Part shown: piece after piece, positions 20,672-29,007 of the stretch
Layout of the letters: every line of letters starts with the position of its first letter
Numbering within the stretch: the first letter of the stretch is position 1
Source: Enterobacteriaceae endosymbiont of Donacia provostii
Lineage (GTDB): Bacteria > Pseudomonadota > Gammaproteobacteria > Enterobacterales > Enterobacteriaceae
Direction: 5' to 3'
Length of the DNA stretch: 32,000 nt
NCBI RefSeq assembly: GCF_012570145.1
Contig: NZ_CP046206.1
Location: 361,794-393,793, forward strand
The notes under the pieces: model-generated
Database searches by the model: none
The model's input: the letters and a program-made list of their open reading frames with translations, nothing else
Told to the model about the DNA's origin: nothing
Position numbers and translations under genes: made by a program

Positions 20672-22924
20672 TTAAATTTTATTTTTAATAAAAATATCTT
20701 TAATATTTTTTATATTTTTATAAAAAAAACCTTTTTTACCTTTTAAAGAATAAAATTTTTTTATTTCTTTATAATTTAAAATAAATTGTTCTGTATTAGT
20801 TTTTATGTAAATTAAAGAATTTTTATTAATTAAAAATATCCATTTTAATTTATCTTTATTTTTAATAAAATCTTGTTTATTAATGAAAATTAATCTACTA
20901 CCCTTTCCTCTAGATAATCTAGGAATTTCATTTATTGAAAATAATAAAAATCTATTTAATAAAGATACGGTTAATATTTTATCATTATTATCTTTGATAA
21001 TTAAAGGGGATAATATTTCTGTATTTTTAGATAAAATAATAGATAATTTTCCATTTCTATTACAAGCAATTAAATCATTAAATTTACATATAAAACCATA
21101 ACCTGAACTAGCAGATAAAAGAATTTCTTTATTATTAGATTCTATTAATAAATTTTTTATTGTAGATCCTTCAGAAATATTTAATTTAGCATTTAAAAGT
21201 TCTCCTTGACTTCTTGCTGCTGGTAAAGAAACGATATCAATACTATAACTACGTCCAGTAGAATCTAAAATCACCATAGTCTGATTTTTCTTTCCTTTTA
21301 TAGAAAGTAAAAATGAATCCCCGGATTTATAATGTAGATTTAAAGGATCTATAGTATGTCCTTTAGCACATCTAATCCATCCCATTTTTGATAAAATAAT
21401 AGTAATAGGTTCACTTGAAATTAATTCTGATTCATTTAATAATTTCGCTTCTTTCCTTTTTTTAAAAATTGAACGACGTTGATCACTATAATTTTTAGAA
21501 ATTAATAATATTTCTTGTTTTAGTAAAGTATTAATTTTTTTCTCTGAAGATAATATTTTTATAATATTTTTATGTTCTATATCCAATTTTTTTTTTTGAT
21601 TTCTTAAATTATTTTCTTCTATTAACGAAATAGAACGTAGTTTAAAATTTAATAAAGTTTCTATTTGAAGATTAGTTAAATGAAATTTTTTTTTAAAAAT
21701 AGATTTAGGATCTAAATTTAATCTAATAATTTGAATAAATTTTTCTAAATTTGAATATACAATTAATAATCCTTCTATAATATGTAATTTTTGAACTATT
21801 TTTTTTAAATTAAAATTTAAACGTTTCTTAATTATTATTTTTCTAAAAAAAATCCATTCTGATAATATTTCAATTAAATTTTTTACAGATGGTTTATTAT
21901 TTAAACCAATCATATTTAAATTAATACGATAACTTTTTTCTAAATCTGTAATAGAAAATAAATGTAACATAATTTTTTCAATTTTTAAATAACTAAAATT
22001 ATTACGAATAGTAATTACTATTCTTGTTGGATTTTCATAATCAGATTCATCTCTAATATCTTCAATCATTGGTAATTTTTTATTTCTCATTTGTGTAGTA
22101 ATTTGTTCAATAATACGTATTCCTGAAATTTGATATGGTAATGATGTAATAATTACTGAATTATCTTTAATTTCCCATATTGCTCTTAATTTTATTGAAC
22201 CCTTACCTTTTTTATATATTTTATATATTTCATCTTTTGCTGTTATAATTTCACTTCCTGTTGGAAAATCTGGACCTTGTATTATATTTAAAATATCATT
22301 TAATTTAATATTAGGATAATCAATAATTTTAATTAATGCATTCGATATTTCCCCAATATTATGAGGAGGAATATCTGTAGCCATTCCTACTGCAATACCT
22401 GTTGATCCATTTAAGATAATATTAGGTAAACATGCAGGTAATATTTTAGGTTCTAATAATGTTCCATCAAAATTAGGAATAAAATCTACTGTACCTTGTT
22501 CTATTTCATTTAATAAAATATTAGAATATTTTGATAATCGAGATTCTGTATATCTCATTGCAGCAAATGATTTTGGATCATCTTGTGCCCCCCAATTACC
22601 CTGCCCTTCTATTAAGGGGTATCTATAAGAAAAATTTTGTGCCATTAAAACCATTGCTTCATAACATGCTATATCTCCATGTGGATGATATTTTCCTATT
22701 ACGTCACCAATAGTTCTAGCAGATTTTTTATATTTAGATGAAGATTTTAATCCTAATTCAGACATAGCATATATAATTCTTCTTTGAACTGGTTTTAATC
22801 CATCTCCTATATGTGGTAATGCCCTATCAGAAATTACATAAATAGAATAATTTAAATAAGCATTTTCTGCAAATTTGTCTAATTGTATAGATTCTATAGT
22901 ATTTTTTTTAAATAATTTATTCAT
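20672..22924 (-). CDS. parC: DNA topoisomerase IV subunit A
   Basis: 750 aa. [35 protein letters not shown] and the active-site Tyr region [14 protein letters not shown] follow E. coli ParC rather than GyrA. The length is ParC-like, against about 875 aa for GyrA. Confidence 0.92.
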   Translation of the reverse strand: MNKLFKKNTIESIQLDKFAENAYLNYSIYVISDRALPHIGDGLKPVQRRIIYAMSELGLKSSSKYKKSARTIGDVIGKYHPHGDIACYEAMVLMAQNFSYRYPLIEGQGNWGAQDDPKSFAAMRYTESRLSKYSNILLNEIEQGTVDFIPNFDGTLLEPKILPACLPNIILNGSTGIAVGMATDIPPHNIGEISNALIKIIDYPNIKLNDILNIIQGPDFPTGSEIITAKDEIYKIYKKGKGSIKLRAIWEIKDNSVIITSLPYQISGIRIIEQITTQMRNKKLPMIEDIRDESDYENPTRIVITIRNNFSYLKIEKIMLHLFSITDLEKSYRINLNMIGLNNKPSVKNLIEILSEWIFFRKIIIKKRLNFNLKKIVQKLHIIEGLLIVYSNLEKFIQIIRLNLDPKSIFKKKFHLTNLQIETLLNFKLRSISLIEENNLRNQKKKLDIEHKNIIKILSSEKKINTLLKQEILLISKNYSDQRRSIFKKRKEAKLLNESELISSEPITIILSKMGWIRCAKGHTIDPLNLHYKSGDSFLLSIKGKKNQTMVILDSTGRSYSIDIVSLPAARSQGELLNAKLNISEGSTIKNLLIESNNKEILLSASSGYGFICKFNDLIACNRNGKLSIILSKNTEILSPLIIKDNNDKILTVSLLNRFLLFSINEIPRLSRGKGSRLIFINKQDFIKNKDKLKWIFLINKNSLIYIKTNTEQFILNYKEIKKFYSLKGKKGFFYKNIKNIKDIFIKNKI

Positions 22925-23116
22925 TGAATATTTCCTAATAAAATTTTTATATAAAAAATATTATAATTATAAATATTATTTATAATATTTTAGTTATAAA
23001 AAAATTATTACTATTTTAAATTTATATCTTAAAATTAAATGTTCAATTTTATTGAATCTTATAGAATAAATATGTTATTTTTATGCAATAAAAATTTAAT
23101 ATGTGGATATTTTATT

Positions 23117-24175
23117 ATGCAAAAAAATAATTTTGATAATAAAAATCATTTAATTACTCCTAAAGAATTAAAAAATAAATTATCAATATCTCAAGATATT
23201 AAAAATAATATAATAATGTCACGTAAAATTATATCAAATATTATTAAGGGTAAAGATTCTAGAATTTTAATTATTTGTGGACCATGTTCAATACATAATA
23301 TTAAAGAAGCCATAGAATATGGAAATTTATTAAAAAATTTATCTTTAAAAGTAAAAAATTTATATATTGTTATGAGAGTATATTTTGAAAAACCTAGAAC
23401 AATTTTAGGATGGAAGGGATTAATTAATGATCCATATATGAACAATACCTTTAATATAAATAAAGGATTATATTTAGCACGAAAATTATTAATAAAATTA
23501 GCTATTAAAAATATTTTATTAGCAACTGAAATATTAGATCTTAATACATATCAATATATTGATGATTTATTAAGTTGGGTTGCTATTGGAGCGCGTACAG
23601 TAGAATCTCAAATTCATAGAGAAGTATCTTCTCTAATAGATATTCCAGTAGGTTTTAAAAATAATACAAGTGGTGATATTAATTCAGCAATTAATGCAAT
23701 TCAAGCATCAGCTATAAAACATCATTTTATAAGTTCTGATGAAAATGGAAAGTTATATATAGCACATTCTAAAGGAAATAAAAATTGTCATATTATTTTA
23801 AGAGGTGGTAAAAAACCTAATTATCATAAAAATGATATTATTAAATGTGAAAAAAATTTATTGAATGTCAAGTTAAAATCTAAAATTATGATAGATTGTA
23901 ATCATGGAAATTCTAATAAAGATTATAAAAAACAAGTTTCAATAATGAAATCTATAATTTCTCAAATTAAAGAAGGTAATAAATCTATTATGGGTATAAT
24001 GATAGAAAGTTATATTTATCAAGGAAATCAGATTTTAGATATGAAAAATAATGATAAATTAAAATATGGAATTTCAATTACGGATGGATGTTTAGATTTT
24101 TTATCTACAAAAAAAATTTTGTTAGAAATAGATAATGAATTAAATTTAATATTTAAAAAATATTTTTTTAAATAA
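23117..24175 (+). CDS. aroF: 3-deoxy-D-arabino-heptulosonate-7-phosphate (DAHP) synthase, class I, AroF-like
   Basis: I start at the internal ATG at 23117 (MQKNNFDN..., 352 aa) because family members are about 350 aa. LYIVMRVYFEKPRT, GWKGLINDPYM, MIDCNHGNSNKDYKKQ and QIKEGNKSIMGIMIES match my recollection of E. coli AroF better than AroG or AroH. The gene lies immediately upstream of tyrA, as in the E. coli aroF-tyrA operon. Confidence 0.85.
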   Translation: MQKNNFDNKNHLITPKELKNKLSISQDIKNNIIMSRKIISNIIKGKDSRILIICGPCSIHNIKEAIEYGNLLKNLSLKVKNLYIVMRVYFEKPRTILGWKGLINDPYMNNTFNINKGLYLARKLLIKLAIKNILLATEILDLNTYQYIDDLLSWVAIGARTVESQIHREVSSLIDIPVGFKNNTSGDINSAINAIQASAIKHHFISSDENGKLYIAHSKGNKNCHIILRGGKKPNYHKNDIIKCEKNLLNVKLKSKIMIDCNHGNSNKDYKKQVSIMKSIISQIKEGNKSIMGIMIESYIYQGNQILDMKNNDKLKYGISITDGCLDFLSTKKILLEIDNELNLIFKKYFFK

Positions 24176-24204
24176 AATATTTTTAATATAAATATAAAAA
24201 TAAT

Positions 24205-25266
24205 ATGATTAATCAAATAAATTTATTACGTAACCAAATAGATATTTTAGATAAAGAACTATTAAATATTTTAAAAAAAAGAATAGATTTAGTTAAAAAA
24301 ATTGGATTAATAAAATATAAAAATGGATTACCTATATACATTCCAGAAAGAGAAAAAAATATAATTACATTAAGAAAAAAAGAAGCAATAAAAAAAGGAA
24401 TATCTCCTGATTTTATAGAAGATATATTATATCGTATAATTAATGAATCATATGTTCATGAAAAAACTAAAATTTTTAAAAATATAAAACCAGATTTTCC
24501 TAAAATACTTATTATTAGTAATAATAAAATAGGTAATTTTTTTAAAAAAATGTTAATATTAACAGGCTATAGTATTCATTATATTAAAGAAAAAAATTTA
24601 AATATAAATAATGATATAAATCATATTTTTAATAATATAGGAATGGTTATTATTAATGTATCAATATATTGTTTAAAAAAAATTGTTAAAAAATTATTAA
24701 TTTTACCTAAAAATTGTATTATCATTGATTTATCTCCTATGAAAAAAATATCATTTAATATGATTTTAAAAATATATAAAGGACCTGTTTTAGGTTTATA
24801 TCCATTATTTAATATAAAAAAAAATTTCTTTTTAAAAGAATCTATAATGTATCTTCATGGAAGAAATAAAACCATATATTCTTGGTTTTTAAAACAAATA
24901 AAAGTTTGGGGGATAAGTATATATAATATTAATATCATAAAACATGATCAATATATATTTTTTATAGAATCTTTAAAATATTTTTTGGTATTTACATATA
25001 TTAATTTATTTACTATAAATAAAATTTCATTAAACGAAATATCTATTCTATCAAAATCTATAAATGATTTACATTTATTTATTTTTAATAATTTTTTTAT
25101 TGATAATAAAGAATTATATAGAAATATTTTATTACAATTTAAAAATAATAAAAAAAATATTAAAAAATATTTAAATTTTATAAATCATTTATTTTTTTTA
25201 ATTAAAAATAATAAACTAGATAAAATAAAAAATATATTTACCAAAATAAAAAATGAATTTAAATAA
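24205..25266 (+). CDS. tyrA: T-protein homologue: chorismate mutase fused to a prephenate-dehydrogenase-like domain (dehydrogenase motifs degenerate)
   Basis: 353 aa. The N-terminal 90 aa (LRNQIDILDKELLNILKKRIDLV...GLPIYIPEREKNI...FIEDILYRIINES) align closely with the chorismate mutase domain of E. coli TyrA. The remainder is colinear with the dehydrogenase domain (GPVLGLYPLF, KHDQYIFFIESLKYF) but key motifs are substituted; see findings. Confidence 0.85.
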   Translation: MINQINLLRNQIDILDKELLNILKKRIDLVKKIGLIKYKNGLPIYIPEREKNIITLRKKEAIKKGISPDFIEDILYRIINESYVHEKTKIFKNIKPDFPKILIISNNKIGNFFKKMLILTGYSIHYIKEKNLNINNDINHIFNNIGMVIINVSIYCLKKIVKKLLILPKNCIIIDLSPMKKISFNMILKIYKGPVLGLYPLFNIKKNFFLKESIMYLHGRNKTIYSWFLKQIKVWGISIYNINIIKHDQYIFFIESLKYFLVFTYINLFTINKISLNEISILSKSINDLHLFIFNNFFIDNKELYRNILLQFKNNKKNIKKYLNFINHLFFLIKNNKLDKIKNIFTKIKNEFK

Positions 25267-25311
25267 GTATAAATAATTTATTAATTAAAAAAAATAAATT
25301 TATTTAGAAAA

Positions 25312-25354
25312 AACATAAAGAACTTATTTTTTAAAATAATAAGTTCTTTATGTT
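25312..25354. terminator. 17-bp perfect-stem hairpin between convergent tyrA and bamD, candidate bidirectional terminator
   Basis: Left arm 25312-25328 (AACATAAAGAACTTATT) pairs perfectly with right arm 25338-25354 (AATAAGTTCTTTATGTT). The stem has three G-C pairs and a 9-nt loop. A run of A on the plus strand upstream gives a T-run for the bamD transcript. Confidence 0.6.
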
Positions 25355-25370
25355 AATTATTATAAAAAAT

Positions 25371-26069
25371 TTATTTTAATTTATTTAAGGAATTATTTAA
25401 AATTTTTTTTATTAAATTATTATCATATGGATAATCTTTTAAAAAGATTAAACATCTATTAATTGTTGATAAATATTTTTTTTGTTGATAATAATATCTA
25501 ATAATATTTAATTCAAAAATTTTCATACGTTTTATCATATAAATTAATTTTTTTTTTAAAAAAATATTATAAATACTATTTGGATATTTTTTAAAAAAAA
25601 ATTTTGTATCATTAATAGCTAATTTAGTATAAAACGGATTACAATAATTTCTATTAGTTTTGAATAAATTTTGTATTGTATTATTAGTATCTAAAGATAA
25701 TTCTGCAAGAATTTTAATATAAAAAATATAACTTGTAAAATTAGAAGAATCGTATAATAGTAAAAATTCATCAATTAATTCTAAAACCACTAAAAAATTA
25801 TGTTCTAAATAATTTATATAAATTAAAAAAACTAAAACTTTTTCAGTGTATATATTATATGGATATTTTAAATATAAATCTTCAAATTTTAATAAAGCTT
25901 TATCATATTTTTTATCAGATAATAGTTGTATAGCTTTTATATACTCTGTTTTTAAAAAAATATTGAAATATTTTTCTTCGTATGTATTATATTTACAATT
26001 TAATGTAGTTAATAATATAAATATGAACATATTAATTAATAATATTTTTTTACAGATATAATTTTTCAT
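25371..26069 (-). CDS. bamD: outer membrane protein assembly factor BamD (YfiO)
   Basis: 232 aa. An N-terminal hydrophobic leader ends in a Cys (LLTTLNC), giving a degenerate lipobox. The body has TPR-like composition, with YPNSIY and DYPYD matching E. coli BamD YPNSQY and DYPDT. It is divergent from rluD, as in E. coli. Confidence 0.8.
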   Translation of the reverse strand: MKNYICKKILLINMFIFILLTTLNCKYNTYEEKYFNIFLKTEYIKAIQLLSDKKYDKALLKFEDLYLKYPYNIYTEKVLVFLIYINYLEHNFLVVLELIDEFLLLYDSSNFTSYIFYIKILAELSLDTNNTIQNLFKTNRNYCNPFYTKLAINDTKFFFKKYPNSIYNIFLKKKLIYMIKRMKIFELNIIRYYYQQKKYLSTINRCLIFLKDYPYDNNLIKKILNNSLNKLK

Positions 26070-26137
26070 TTTTTTTATATATTATAGTATAAATATTATA
26101 TACTTAATATAATATATAATTTATATTTCTTAAATAA

Positions 26138-27090
26138 ATGAAAAATATTAATTTAGTTTTAAAAGTTGATTGTTTATATAATAAACAAAGATTAGATGTT
26201 TTTCTTACTAAAAAAATTTTACAATTCTCTAGAACAGAAATAAAAAATTTTATACTGTGCAATAAAGTTATAATAAATAATAATATTATTAATATTCCTA
26301 AAAAAAAGTTTTTATAGGAGATATTATTAAAATTAATACTGTTTTTTGTAAAAAAAAAATTGTATGGCAAGCACAAAATATAATTTTAAATATTATTTAT
26401 GAAGATAAACATATTTTAGTTATTAATAAAAATTCTAATATTATTGTACATCCTGGTACTAAAAATACAAAAAATACTTTATTTAATGCAATATTATATT
26501 ATTATCCATACGCAAGAAATATTCCTAGAGCAGGAATTATACATAGATTAGATAAAGATACCACAGGATTAATGATAATAGCTAAAAATATAAATTCTTA
26601 TTTTTTTTTAAAACAAGAACTTAAAAATCATAATATAATTAGAAATTATGAAGCTATTGTTAATGGAATTATTAAAAATAATAAAATCATTAATTTACCA
26701 ATAAAACGTATTTATAAAAAAAATAATATTTATATGAATGTACATCCATTAGGAAAACCTTCTATGACAAAAATTTTTGTAAAAAATATTTTTAAAAATT
26801 ATACTCATTTAAAAATTCAATTAACAACAGGTCGTACTCATCAAATTAGAGTACATTTATCTCATATTAAACATAGTATAATTGGTGATAAAATTTATAA
26901 AAATCATAATATTTTTAATAAAACAAAAATTTATGAAAATAAAATTAAAAAAATAATTAATAGACAAGCTCTACACGCATATCATATAAAATTTATACAT
27001 CCATTTTATAAAACTTATATAAAATTAAATACAGTATTACCAGATGATATAAATAATTTGATTTTTTTTTTAAAAAATGTTATTTTTTAA
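26138..27090 (+). pseudogene. rluD: 23S rRNA pseudouridine synthase RluD, reading frame broken at a poly(A) tract
   Basis: The N-terminal S4-like part (MKNINLVLKVDCLYNKQRLDVFLTKKILQFSRTEIKNFILCNKVIINN...PKKK) reads from 26138 and stops at TAG 26315-26317. The rest (VFIGDIIKIN...IIYEDKHILVINK...HRLDKDTTGLMIIAK...GRTHQIRVH) is one frame back and continues into track ORF 26572-27090. The switch lies in the A8 run at 26300-26307. The catalytic Asp motif HRLDKDTTG is intact. Confidence 0.85.
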
Positions 27091-27092
27091 TA

Positions 27093-27124
27093 TAAAACTT
27101 TTAATATTAATATTAAAAGTTTTA
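27093..27124. terminator. 32-bp perfect palindrome 3 nt after the rluD stop, candidate terminator
   Basis: TAAAACTTTTAATATT|AATATTAAAAGTTTTA, checked base by base. It has a single G-C pair per arm and no clean T-run beyond the stem. Confidence 0.4.
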
Positions 27125-27224
27125 ATATAAAATTAATAAATTTTTTCAAAATAGTTTAACTTTAACTATTTAATAGATATAGATAGTCATCATATTAATC
27201 TTTTTAATTAAAAGTGATAAAACT

Positions 27225-27905
27225 ATGATAAATATAAAAAAAAAAAGTATATTATTTTTTAGTATGTTATTTTTATTATTAGTTACATCTAATAATTGTT
27301 TTGCATATAGAAATCCACCAAAAGAACCATTTTATGAAGTTTTAACAAAAGAAGATCAATTATTATATAATAAAGAATTTAATAATAAACCAGTTATAGT
27401 AGAATTTTTTTCATTTTTATGTCCTCATTGTTATGAATTTTACAAAAATATTAATAAAAAAATCTTTATAAATAAAATACCTAAAAATACTAAAATTATA
27501 AAAATTCATTATAGTAAAATTGGACAAGAAAATGGATTTGCTACTTTATTAGGTTATGCTTGGGTTGTTGCTAAAATATTAAATGTAGAAAATAAAGTTA
27601 TAGGTCCTATTTTTGACGGTATTCATAATACTAATACAATACATGATTATAAATCCATAAAAAAACTTTTTGTAAAAGTTACAGGTATAACTGAAAATGC
27701 ATTTGATGCTGCATGGGATAGTAATATTGCAAAAATATTATTTGAAAAAGATTATGATTTAGTTGAAAAATTAGATATAAATTTAGTCCCAAATATTTTT
27801 ATTAATAATAAATATATAATTAATTTATCTTCATTATATGCTGTTTATAAAGATCATTTTTATTCACATTATATAAATTTAATATTAAAACTTTTAAAAA
27901 AATAA
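27225..27905 (+). CDS. dsbA: periplasmic thiol:disulfide oxidoreductase DsbA
   Basis: 226 aa with a signal-peptide-like N-terminus ending NCFA. The active site EFFSFLCPHCYEF contains CPHC and aligns with E. coli DsbA EFFSFFCPHCYQF. Confidence 0.92.
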   Translation: MINIKKKSILFFSMLFLLLVTSNNCFAYRNPPKEPFYEVLTKEDQLLYNKEFNNKPVIVEFFSFLCPHCYEFYKNINKKIFINKIPKNTKIIKIHYSKIGQENGFATLLGYAWVVAKILNVENKVIGPIFDGIHNTNTIHDYKSIKKLFVKVTGITENAFDAAWDSNIAKILFEKDYDLVEKLDINLVPNIFINNKYIINLSSLYAVYKDHFYSHYINLILKLLKK

Positions 27906-27942
27906 AAAAGATAATATTTAGTATTAAAAATAATAAATATAT

Positions 27943-28797
27943 ATGAAAAAAAAAATAATTTTAATAGATGGAACATTTTATTTATATCGTGCGTATTATG
28001 CTTTACCTAATTTGACTAATAGTCATGGATATCCTACTGGAGCAATTTATGGTTTTATTAATATGTTTAATAAAATTATAAAAATGAATGTTAATAGTTA
28101 TTTTTTAATTATTTTTGATACTAAGGGAAAATCTTTTAGACAAAAAATTTTTAATGAATATAAATTAAATAGAAAAAAAATGCCTCACAATTTAATTATA
28201 CAAACTAAACCATTGTATAAAATTATACAGGCTATGGGATATAATGTTATATATATAAAAAATATAGAAGCTGATGATATAATTGGTACTTTATCAGTAT
28301 ATGCAGAGAAAAAAAATTATTTTGTTTTTATTTTTAGTATAGATAAAGATATAGCTCAATTAGTTACAAAAAATACTAAAATAATAAATCCAATTAACTA
28401 TTCTATTTCTGGACCAAAAGAAATATATCTTAAATATGGAGTATACCCAAAATTTATTAGCGATTTATTAGCGTTAAGTGGGGATTCTATAGATAATATT
28501 CCTGGAGTTCCAGGAATAGGAAAAAAAATCGGTCAAAAATTAATTAATAAATTAGGAAATTTAAAAAATATTTATAATAATATAAATTATATAAATAATT
28601 TTAATTTTAGAGGAGGGATAAATATTAAAAAAAAATTAATACAATATCAAAAATTAGTGTTTTTATATCATAAATTAACAAAAATTAAAACTAATATTAT
28701 TCTTAATAAAGAATATTTAACATTTAAAATTAAACCTAAAATAAAATATTTAAAATATTTATTTAGATTATATGAATTTAATAAAATTAATAACTGA
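27943..28797 (+). CDS. polA: 5'-3' exonuclease (flap nuclease); DNA polymerase I truncated to its N-terminal domain
   Basis: 284 aa. It is colinear with E. coli PolA residues 1 to about 320 (ILIDGTFYLYRAYYALPNLTNSHGYPTGAIYGF, EADDIIGTL, GDSIDNIPGVPGIGKK), up to the LYEF(N/K) segment that ends the 5' nuclease domain. It then stops at TGA. No 3'-5' exonuclease or polymerase domain follows. It sits downstream of dsbA as in E. coli. Confidence 0.85.
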   Translation: MKKKIILIDGTFYLYRAYYALPNLTNSHGYPTGAIYGFINMFNKIIKMNVNSYFLIIFDTKGKSFRQKIFNEYKLNRKKMPHNLIIQTKPLYKIIQAMGYNVIYIKNIEADDIIGTLSVYAEKKNYFVFIFSIDKDIAQLVTKNTKIINPINYSISGPKEIYLKYGVYPKFISDLLALSGDSIDNIPGVPGIGKKIGQKLINKLGNLKNIYNNINYINNFNFRGGINIKKKLIQYQKLVFLYHKLTKIKTNIILNKEYLTFKIKPKIKYLKYLFRLYEFNKINN

Positions 28798-28820
28798 ATT
28801 TACATTATATACTGTATATA

Positions 28821-28840
28821 ATATTTTTTTAAAAAAATAT
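28821..28840. repeat. 20-bp perfect palindrome ATATTTTTTT|AAAAAAATAT downstream of the truncated polA
   Basis: Read directly. It lies 24 nt after the polA stop, inside a 210-bp non-coding spacer. Confidence 0.5.
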
Positions 28841-29007
28841 AATATTTTATTACATTTAATATATATATCAATAAAAAATATTCATAATAAATTTTCTTTA
28901 TTATTAAAATATAATTATAACTACCGAATAAAATTTTATAATTATATTAGTAATAATATATAAAAAAATTAAGTTAATTTTTGAAATTACTATTATATTA
29001 GGATTTT

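Noticed and set aside
23042-23056. Small palindrome TTCAAT-TTT-ATTGAA upstream of aroF; possible TyrR-box-like operator.
   Set aside because: It does not match the TyrR box consensus TGTAAA-N6-TTTACA. Six-bp A/T-rich palindromes are expected by chance in this composition.
23102-23110. DnaA-box-like TGTGGATAT (8/9 match to TGTGGATAA) at the parC/aroF divergence, where gene orientation and G/C skew flip; possible replication origin.
   Set aside because: There is only one box. A rough composition estimate suggests about one chance hit in a window of this size. The other two TGTGGATA(A/T) copies (859-867, 2423-2431) are explained by the conserved YPQL motif at the C-termini of NuoN and NuoM. The skew flip is equally explained by the coding-strand switch. 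Whole-genome cumulative skew is needed to revisit this.
23039-23116. 26-codon N-terminal extension of the DAHP synthase ORF as listed in the track.
   Set aside because: Class I DAHP synthases are about 350 aa. The alignment to AroF/G/H begins after the internal Met at 23117, and the extension (MFNFIESYRINMLFLCNKNLICGYFI) has no counterpart.
26104-26376. Track ORF of 90 aa on the minus strand between bamD and the annotated rluD fragment.
   Set aside because: It lies antisense to the clearly homologous N-terminal (S4 domain) part of rluD on the plus strand. It is a shadow ORF permitted by the A/T-rich composition.
28772-28963. Track ORF of 63 aa spanning the polA stop and the polA-typA spacer; possible remnant of the PolA 3'-5' exonuclease domain.
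   Set aside because: I saw no convincing similarity to the PolA region after the 5' nuclease domain in any frame. The composition is low-complexity Asn/Ile/Tyr/Lys, and the ORF overlaps the polA 3' end. It is best treated as non-coding.
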